Assembly (NCBI GenBank): GCA_951406725.2 | Contig: OX597830.1 | Location: forward strand, 4,526,001-4,590,000 | DNA from: Octopus vulgaris | Lineage: Eukaryota | Length of the DNA stretch: 64,000 nucleotides | Reading direction: 5' to 3' | Part shown: in pieces, positions 54,499-64,000 of the stretch | How the letters are laid out: the number at the start of each line of letters is the position of its first letter | Position numbering within the stretch: the stretch's first letter is position 1 | Translations under genes and position numbers: made by a program | The notes under the pieces: generated by a model | The model's input: the letters and a program-made list of their open reading frames with translations, nothing else | What the model was told of the DNA's origin: nothing | Databases searched by the model: none

Positions 54499-54646
54499 AG
54501 TTTCCATCTACCAAATCCGCTCACAAGGCTTTGGTCGGCCCGAGGCTATAGTAGAAGACACCTGCCCAAGGTGCCACACAGTGGGACTGAACCCCGAACT
54601 GTGTGGTTGGTAAGCAAGCTACTTACCACACAGCCACTCCTGCGCC
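54499..54646 (-). mobile_element. SINE family A head
   Basis: Reverse complement of ggcgcaggagtggctgtgtggtaagtagcttgc...gatttggtagatggaaact. Confidence 0.9.
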
Positions 54647-55779
54647 TATATGATGATGATGATGATGACTTCTGCCTTTTTTATTGGATTTCACTTCCCA
54701 ATCATCATTCGAGGTTTCACTCCTTGAAGTGTGTATAGTTCCAAACTGTTCTTTTAATTAATCATTTACAAATACAAATGTTTACAATTAGTTTTGTCAC
54801 TGACTTGAAAATAAAACAAACCAACAAAAATAATAATTAACTTTTGTAAATATATGTCCATAATGACTAATTAGAAAAGCAACACCGATTAATTGTTTTG
54901 ATGCTAACCCACCAGAAAACCAGCTCTATGTTTTGATGATACAAAAAAAGAAAAACACCCGTTAAAATGTATTGTATTTATATTCAAATCTTTCATTTTT
55001 CTGTTTATGAAAGTACTTTTTGTTTGAAACACTAGCTTAATGACCGAGAAGTTCATTAGTGTACTAAATGCCTCCAAATTAATGAGTGTATTTCGTCAGA
55101 AATCTGGTAATGGATTTATCAATATAAATACCCAATAAAATTTACAAATAAAAAAAATTGTTTTAATTACAATCAAAAAGTACTTTTATTAAGATACCAT
55201 AACCTTAAATATCTTTTCTTTAATCTTTTAATTGTGTGTAATTAAATTTCACGGTCATTCCTGTGATGATGTTAATTATCCACCAACAACTAGAATTGAT
55301 ATTTTCTGAGTCATGCTGTCTCATAATAGACATGACACACTTCAACAAAAACATAGATTGGTTTATAAAACCACATTTCACAGAGAAGTTTTCAGTCACA
55401 TATCTCTTATTTCCACTTTAGAAGGCTTAAATATGGACAAAAGTTTTAGTTGAAACACTCTGTCAGACTTTTATATCTTATTTTCCTCTTCAATGTTCTC
55501 AGTATTGAGTAATTTCCTGATACTGTTTTATCTCTTTCCAAATTCTTACCAATTTTTTTTATATGCTTACGAAACACTGCAAACTTCAACAAAGTTTATG
55601 GCCATCTTCTGCACATAAAGAGTTTCTCTCACATCTTTTTTTTTCACTTCCCAATTATTAGAATTGTCATATCAACTTTTCTTTTATGGTCTATGTTGTG
55701 TAGTTTTGCAGATATGGAATATGTCTGAAGGAAATCTCTTTACAATAGGATTATGTCAGTTTTGTCTGCTTTAATAACA

Positions 55780-56400
55780 CAAAGCTACAAATGCTGCACA
55801 TTACGAGAAAACATTATCTCCTTCCCCTAAACATGGACAACCTTCAATTAAAGCCTTTAAGGTCACTGCAAAGACTAGGATTAAGCTATTCTGGTGAATC
55901 TTTCTGGAAAATAATCCTACACAGCATAGCAAAAACTTACCCTCCCCTCATAGCTACTGACTCTCCCACAAAACCAAGAGGGGGCTCATAATAAAGTCCT
56001 GCTCCCATGTCTGGAATGGTACTGCTGCTATAGACAAACATTGGTTAATGACAACCACAGGAATGCCACCATTTGTCTTGGACCCTGAAAATGCTTACCA
56101 CCAAATGCACTCCAATGTCTGGACAATAGTTTTAAGTCTCTTGCTCCTGTCTTTTTAATCTCTGCAGCTAGAACCTGGTGGGCTTATGACCATCTCTACT
56201 CAGTTAATCCCAACTCCTTAATCTCTTCTCTTCCTTCCTGCCTCTCCACAATACTGACCATCGGAAAGCCCTCCTCCCAATCCAGCGCCATTGCATGTCT
56301 TTCTTATAATTGTTGACTTACAACTGTTCCAGTGGATCATTAACCATATCAGTCTCACCAGTCTGAAAGGGTCATGGAAGGCTATGGGCATGACCCCTTC
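55780..56400 (+). mobile_element. Highly decayed CR1/L2-type LINE 3' region
   Basis: MLHITRK...LNMDNLQLKPLRSLQRLGL...WKIILHSIAKT and later SHVWNG resemble the post-RT segment of CR1/L2 ORF2; many frameshifts. Confidence 0.5.
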
Positions 56401-57345
56401 CACCTGACCAATCCAATAAAGGAAAATAATGTCACTGGCTACATTGAAACCACTACGGTAACTAATAGTGAGTTATGTCACTTGTTGATGATGATGATGA
56501 TGATGATGAGGAGGAGGAGGAGGAAGTCATGGATTTCTTGTTACTATTCCTCAGATACATCTCATGAGTTACCAGCACACACATGCACTCACATGCATAC
56601 ATATGCAAATACACTCCAACATACATGCACACACACATATACAGAGAGAGAGAGATAGATAGAGAGATAGAGAGAGAGAGAAAGAGAGTGGTGCATATAC
56701 ACAAGCTCATTGTCATCCTATCCATAAATTGGCTTCCTCTATGATGCAAGGCTTCGCAAATGATCTCCAGGAATATTATTGGAGATGGCTCTCTTGAGGA
56801 ACATAACAAAGTGAATCACCAAAAATACTGACAGGAATAAAACTGAAACTTCCTTTTCCATTCTTGATTCTCACCAAATATTCTACCTGTGATGGAATTA
56901 CGGTGCAACTAAAAGAACGGAAACATATTTGACACAGAATCTGCAAATAAACCACAATATCAAAAATAGAACTTTGTTTCATCACTCATCTTTCATTGTA
57001 TAATGAATAATTAGCAATAATTGCTGGTCCCAATTATGCTTCACTAATTCTAATGAGAAAAATTAAACCTGTTACTGATGAACTACAATGAATTATTATT
57101 TAAATATAAACTATTTAAAGGATTCATGGCTAGAAAAAATTAAATTTTAGATTTATATTATTGGAATCAATTCTAATGACTTTAAAATATTTTGGCTGAT
57201 TAGTTTAATTAGATTTGATAATGATAATAATGAAGATCTCTTTTATTAGCCTCAAGAGTGATGGCTTGAGTAACAGTACAAGGATTAACAACAAAAACTG
57301 AGCGTTTCCACAAAAACTGTTATCACAGTTGTAGTAATAAAAGCA

Positions 57346-57551
57346 TTGGTTTCAGATTTTGACACAGGAGCAGCATTTTTTGAGGGGAGAGGCAAAGGAG
57401 ATTACTTGATTGGTACTTATTTCATCAACCCCAAAAGGATGAAAAACAAAGTGGACCTTGGTGAGATTTGAACTCAGAATGTAAAGACAGGCAAAATGCT
57501 ACTAAGCATTTTGTCTGACATCTCAATGATTCTGCCTTCTCACCACCTTAA
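57346..57551 (-). mobile_element. SINE family B
   Basis: ggtacttatttcatcaaccccaaaaggatgaaaaacaaagtggacc...tttgaactcagaatgtaaagacag...gattctgcc. Confidence 0.78.
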
Positions 57552-57578
57552 TAACAAATAATAATAATAATAATAATG

Positions 57579-57627
<49 letters not shown>

Positions 57628-59078
57628 ACTATCTTCAGGCATAAAAGTCAAGGTTTTCAGATCAAAATTTACAGCCAAAAATGTTGGTTGACTTACACAC
57701 CAAGATGACTTTAGAGGATCAAAATTTCCAAGTGAAATCGAGGAGGATTTGGAGAGGTGATAACAATGTTTGACTGCTTACACTGCACACTATGTTGGCT
57801 TGTATGCTAGAAAATACAGCAATGTGAAATAGGTAAAACAGAAGTGGTAACAGAAAAAGTTTCATCATACTGATATATTTTTTCCTAAGTATAGTGTTTA
57901 AATTTATTATTTATTTTTCTGTAACTTGGAAACAAATTTTAATATAAATAAAAAATTACCTGTCAATGAGTGTTAGTGTGGAAAGATTTCCCTCTCATCC
58001 ACAAACAGTGAACTAACGAGGAAGCCTCTACATAGCCAGTTAGCCAGCTAGAAATAGCAGTCACATTTACTTTAATCCTACCTTAAAGTCTTACAAAAAA
58101 TGTCACGTCTATAGTTGGAACACCTTCGAGCCTATAGATCTACCCTGTCAAATTTGATCTGTAGCTAAACTTGAACAAGAAGAAGATCAAATGTGTTAAT
58201 TGATTCATAATTAATGTGATTAACAACTGGAATTATATTCCTCTTCAGCCAGAATGGAAAAGAAAAATTCGATTTCCAAAAATTCTTTATTTCATTCACT
58301 GAAACTGACATGGGGCATGCAAATCCTTTATGATGTCAGAATTTATACAATTACATATGAAATGGCTCCGCATACATTCTTATAGAAGAATTCACATCAA
58401 AGATTAGGAAATTTGTCAGCTTTTAGAGTACATTAGACATGGTTCTTGAAAGAGGAAACGTACTAAAGAGTTATTAACTTAATTGCTATCATCTATGTTA
58501 TCATCATAACGAGTTATCTTATGTAATTGCAGCATCTATTTAATATATTGTTAACAATTTCTGCATCAAAGCTGTCACTCTCAAATATCTGTTTCATCAT
58601 TTCTTTCTTGTTTTTGTTTATTACTACTGCTACTACTACTTGCATGTGTAGCAGCAAAATTGCTCTCTCTCTCTCAGACATACAGACGTAGACTCCCCCT
58701 CTTTTATATCTGTATACCATTCCTATTTGTTGAATAGCAAACTTTACGATATCTGAGCATCCAGTTTCATTCTGCTTTTCTTCTAATGCAGTAACTCTAT
58801 ATTTACAGAAACAAACTAGCATGTTCAGCAACGAAGCACAAAGGAAGTACAGTCGTATACAGAGAGAGAGAGGGGGGAGGAGAAATCAATATAGAAAAGG
58901 AAATGAAACACAATTTTTCTCTATACATATCTAAGTAATTTTGTATTCTAAATTTCCCATTAACACAACTCTGCAAAGGGAAAGACAGAAAGCCGCAAGA
59001 CCAAGAGACATACTGAAACATCACTGCAATGTCAATACAGCAGATTGGCATCTTTTCATAAATAAAATAAAAATTTAA

Positions 59079-59126
<48 letters not shown>

Positions 59127-59285
59127 GAACTACTACTACTATGAACTACTACTACTACGAACTACTACTACTGCTGCTGCTGCTACTGCCACTACTACTA
59201 CTGCTGCTGCTGCTACTACTACCACTACTACTGCTACTACTACTACTACTTACTGCTACTGCCACCAACACCACTACCACCACTG
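59079..59285. repeat. (TAC)n/(TGC)n compound trinucleotide repeat
   Basis: Visible runs; explains the poly-L/poly-S ORFs. Confidence 0.95.
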
Positions 59286-59316
59286 CCACAGCATTGTTGC
59301 CATCATTTTGGGAACG

Positions 59317-59638
59317 GGCACAAGTGCAGCTGTGTAGTAAAGAAGTTTGGTTCCCAACCACATGGCTTCAGGTTCGGTCCTACATCATAGCACCTTGGGC
59401 AAATGTCTTTTACTGTAGCCCCGGCTATCCAAAAGCCTTGTGGATAGATTTGGGAAAGGGAAACTGAGTTCAAATCTCAACATGGTTGATTTTGCCTTTC
59501 ATCTTTTCGGGGTCAATAAAAATAAGTTCCAGCTGCACACTGGGGTCAATGTAATCGACTATTCCCCTCCCATTAAATTTCAGGCCATGTGCTTATAGAA
59601 GAAAAGATTATTATTATTATCATTATTATTATTATTAC

Positions 59639-59686
<48 letters not shown>

Positions 59687-60003
59687 TTTAACATCTGCTC
59701 TCCATGCTGGCATGGATTAGGCACTTCGACTGGAAATGGTAAGCCAAGGTGGTGCACTAGGTCCCAGTCTGATTTGGCATGGTTTCTACGGCTGGATGCC
59801 TTTCCTATTATTACTAAGACAGCAGAATCATTACTGCATCAGATGAAATGTTTTGCAGCATTTCATCTATTTTTATGTTCTGAGTTCAAATTCTGCTGAG
59901 GTCAACTTTGCTTTTCATCTTTCCAGGGTTGAGAAAATATGCACCAGTTGACCAACCTCCATCTCCACAAATTCTACACTTTGTGCGTAGAGTTGTAAGG
60001 ATT
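59317..60003. mobile_element. Nested cluster: SINE A head, SINE B 3' part, (TAT)n, family C tail (-), SINE B
   Basis: Diagnostic motifs at 59317-59467, 59465-59610, 59683-59806 and 59816-60003. Confidence 0.75.
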
Positions 60004-60349
60004 ATTACCATTATAATCTATTTATCTTCTTCGACATCCAACAGACGGTTTAATAGTGCTTATATGACAACTAATGTCTTGATAAAACAATATATAAAGA
60101 CAGATGTAAGAAAATGTCTGGAATCAGCCAGCTTTTATCAAACCTTTTCCTGATGACTGCCTCCTTGTTAATCCTACTCACCGATCAGCTCACAGTATAT
60201 AACTGGTATTGGCACCATCTCTGAGATTCTCAAAATATGACATTGGAATTCTTACATTGAAAGCAGCGAGCTGGAATATTTATTTTCACACCACTTGCTG
60301 TGTCGTCTTCTTCCAAAAATTTAATCTTGTAAATGCACAGACTAACACA

Positions 60350-60381
<32 letters not shown>

Positions 60382-61253
60382 TACATGTGCGCACACACAC
60401 ACACACACATTGACACACCAAATCAGGTTTGTTTCAGATATCTCAGGAACTTCTGCAGCTAAATTATATTGGACAGTATATTTCTTTTGATTTTCCAACA
60501 GTTTTCTTTCCAAATATATTTTATAATATTTCTTTTATTTTCTAACAAGTAGGCTGTGTTTCTTTTATTTATCTTATTTCATTTCATTTTATTTACATAT
60601 GATTTCCTTATTTCTTATTTCTTTACCTTGTTTGCTAAGTTCAGCATTTATTTGACTTAGTATTTTTATTGCTTATAAACCTTACCTGACAGTCATATAT
60701 TATATTATTATATGTTTTGTTTTTTACTGGGATATCACCAAATATTATTATAAAAAAAGAGAGAAAGGGAGAGAGAGAGAGAGAGAGTGAGGAATATGGT
60801 AAGAGAACTATTCCAATGCATAAGCTTAGTGCATCTCTTTCAGAATGCAAGTTCATAGTGCAGTGAATTACAGGAAACAACAACAAGGACCTAATAAGTT
60901 TCCCCTGCATATGGATCACAAGTGGAAAGCAATTTCAGCAGAAATATATTTGTTGGACGAATTGAACAAGGCACATCTGTAGATTGGATATCAGCGTGTA
61001 TGGAGGAAGCTTGGTTTTGTGTATCGAAATTTACATACATACATACATACGTATATACAGATGGAGAGAGAGAAAACATCTATAAATACATATGAATATA
61101 TAATTGTGTGTGTGTGTGTGTGTGTGTGTGTATAGGAAATATATATACATACACACAAAATTTATATTTCTATATAATTATTTATATGCCTGTATGTATG
61201 TATGTATGTTTGTGTATGTATGTATGTATATATATATATACACATACACACAA

Positions 61254-61296
<43 letters not shown>

Positions 61297-61877
61297 GTAT
61301 TTATATGTAAACGTGTGTGTGTGTGTGTGTAATATATATATATACACACACATGCATAGAGAGAGAGAGAGTGCAGGGAAGATGGATAAATATATACATA
61401 TATGAACATATATGCATTTGCTCTATGATACAGAAAGTATTAAACAGGCATCTACACGTCATACCCAATGTAAATACATCATTAAAAGGCAATTAACTGT
61501 GGTTTTCATCCAGAGATAGCATTTTTTATGGATTTGCTTTATTTCAAACATTATGTATGTACCAGAGAGTGAGGATAATCATTCCAGCAACAGCAGTTAA
61601 CAGGAATGCCAGATGCATTTCTGGCTTTTCTGGTTCTTCTCAATGGCATCTTCTCACAGCCAGTCATTTGCCTAGATGTGTTTGTCACTTCTGATGTATT
61701 TGATATACAGGAAATTGCCTTAAGGCCAACTTTGCCCGCCATCCATTCAGGGTTGATAAAATGAGTACAAACCAATCAGTGATGTCAGCCTGATTGACTT
61801 AACCCTTTCCCTAAAACTACTGGCCTTGTGCCAAAAATTGAAGGAATTAATTATTATTATTATCATTATTATTATTT

Positions 61878-62052
61878 TTTCCTTCTTTCTTCAAATTTTC
61901 TTCCGTTTCTCGCCGAGTGTTTTCCTTATACCTAGTGCGGAGAAGCTCATTGTATGCATTCCCAGATTACACACGCAAATTCACAGGTAAAATATGTATT
62001 TAAAAATTAATAAATAAATTCATGGATAGATGTTGTTTTCACAGCGAAAAAT
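61878..62052. mobile_element. Short CpG-retaining insertion inside a (TTA)n tract, possible R4/Dong-type 3'UTR
   Basis: About 175 bp of unique sequence flanked on both sides by (att)n. Dong-group elements are known to target TAA repeats, so the family call is an inference. Confidence 0.4.
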
Positions 62053-64000
62053 TTATTATTATTATTATTATGACATCCACACATGCATGCAGGTACACAT
62101 ACACCCACATATAAACACATACACACAAGCACATTTGTGTTTATAGTGATCATTAACAGTTAAATAAGAGGATCTCATTATCATATAAGAAAATGTTTCT
62201 AGTAATAAATAAGACGGGGGAGAGGGGGAAGGGGTGGTGGGGAGAGAGAGAGGGAGAAGGAGATGAAGTTGCTATCGTTTCTGTTATTGAAATTTTGCCA
62301 TGTTGTTCTCTCTAGTTGGACAGATGGAGCTTGAGTGGAGACCCAAGAAGCCAATCAGTTATCTTCTCCCTGCGCAGCCCATTCTGTATCTTATTTCTCG
62401 GGCCCTGCATTATAAAATCTTGTCCAATTCTTCTTTCCAGAACAGGCTCCCTCTGAAACTCCCTTCTCTCCTGTGGTGCTTTTGCAGATGGTGATTGGCA
62501 GGTGTGCAAGCTGAGCTTATACCACATCAAGCCCATCTGTTGCCTAGGAGACCGGTGAAGGAAATTTATACTGTCTCTCTTCTTTTATTGACTGACAGTC
62601 GAGTACAATGGTGGCATATATTAAATAGATTTGAAAATGTTATTTCACATGAACTGAAAAATAATATTCTTTACAAGTCGATGCACTCCTTAATAGCATC
62701 TAACTTGTTTTTAGTAGACTGATCTCCATTTTCAGGTAGGTTTAGTGAAGGCAATAACAATAATTGCAACACTACACCAGACACAAGATCTGAACAACTT
62801 TGCAGCTTTTAATTCAATACTTTAACTTCTTAGCCACGGTGCTTGCTATAATTTCCGTTTTGGGAAATAAAATATTAAGAGCACCAGTCGAGAAAAACAA
62901 AACAAAACATAGAACAAAATAATAATACTAAAAACAACAATAACAATAATAATAATAAATAACAACAATAATAATAAATTCATAAAATAAATAAATAGAA
63001 GCATTAAGAAAGCGATCAAGTTTAAGAATCTGTTTAATATAAAATATATGTTTAGGTGTCTACTTAGAAACTGTTAGAAATGAGTAATTGATAAAATACG
63101 AAAGGTTTATTTTTCCTTGTGAAAAGAATTAACTTCTTTTACGATTTTATTTTCTTAATGGAATCTAAATTACAGAAATTTTATTGTAGTTCCATTTCTT
63201 GATGGTATGATTCTTTTATTTTGTTTATTTATTATATCTTTCTTCAGAAAAATTCCTGTTAGCTACTGTAAAAAATGCAACAAACAAAAAAATATATTCT
63301 AAATTGTAAAGTAAATATATCGAATAGAAATTGCTATTCACTTTATAATAAATAGATATTAAATGGTTTCCCCCTAAGCTATTGTGAGCACGATGTTTGC
63401 AATGAAATATTGACAATACCTTTCAAAATCCATCAAATATCCATTGCTATAGAATGGCTCTTATTGGCTCCGTACATGATTAATAACTTCTCATTTATCC
63501 CAACATCACTCTTTCAATTTCTTCAATTGAAGGCAGTCTGTCAATACAGTTGAACAGTAACAACAACAACAATAATAATGGTAACAATAATAATGGCAGT
63601 AGTAGTAGTCGTAGTAGTAGTAATTGTTGTTATTATTTTGGAATTGGTGGTCTTTAGTAAATTGTAAAAGTAACTTAAATTCAGAAATTCTTCAAATTCA
63701 CAGCTGAAATAAGAACAACCAACATTTATTTATTTACTCAGCTGGACATTTTGGAAGACTGTGACTGTCTTAATGATTTTGCTGTCCTTTTCTGATTGAT
63801 TCCTGACAAATAAGTACTTTGAAGTTAGGAACAAGTCCTTTTACAAAGAGAATTCCACTCGTTGCTCACTGCAATCCAACAGTCAAGGTGCAGACTCCAA
63901 TTTAGAGATATAAAAACCAATATCATCATCATCATCATCATTTGATAGCCATTATCCATGCTGGCATGACTTGGACTGTTTGATAGGATCAGACACACCA

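Noticed and set aside
56887-56940. CQICFRSF zinc-finger-like start
   Set aside because: It lacks the downstream Leu and His residues of a C2H2 finger; not a ZNF exon.
57626-57820. Possible pogo/Tigger-like MITE; also a mariner-like TIR at about 30860
   Set aside because: The terminal repeats are too decayed to define boundaries or TSDs by eye.
58046-58060. GCTAGAAATAGCA resembling the Cas9 sgRNA scaffold
   Set aside because: A short match that belongs to an endogenous dispersed repeat motif. There is no CRISPR array or vector sequence in the window.

Overview
AT-rich, microsatellite-dense eukaryotic non-coding DNA. The repeat complement (tRNA-derived SINEs, RTE, R4/Dong-like and CR1/L2 LINE relics, MITEs) looks like an octopus or other cephalopod genome; this is inferred from recalled repeat sequences and was not checked by a search. 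I recognise no intact host protein-coding gene. Nearly all ORF-track entries are translated (TA)n/(CA)n/(CT)n microsatellites, and the only protein-like frames are broken retrotransposon C-termini. The most notable signal is a set of five short (about 0.28-0.55 kb), ORF-less fold-back insertions, each embedded in (TA)n: 1425-1819, 15477-15752, 24053-24428, 31667-32137 and 43182-43730. Each has two near-perfect 64-114 bp inverted arms plus a single-sided tail. Four of the five carry a type I hammerhead ribozyme motif (CUGANGA...GAAA...NUH with a minimal palindromic stem III; the 1654 copy is degenerate), always in the order ribozyme > arm > tail. This matches the inverted pseudo-LTR ends of Penelope-like retroelements, here present as several unrelated sequence families without RT or GIY-YIG ORFs. 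The window also holds a non-autonomous Helitron, TTAA (piggyBac-like) MITEs, an old fold-back MITE, a 27-bp hairpin bearing octamer motifs, and a few low-confidence candidate exons.
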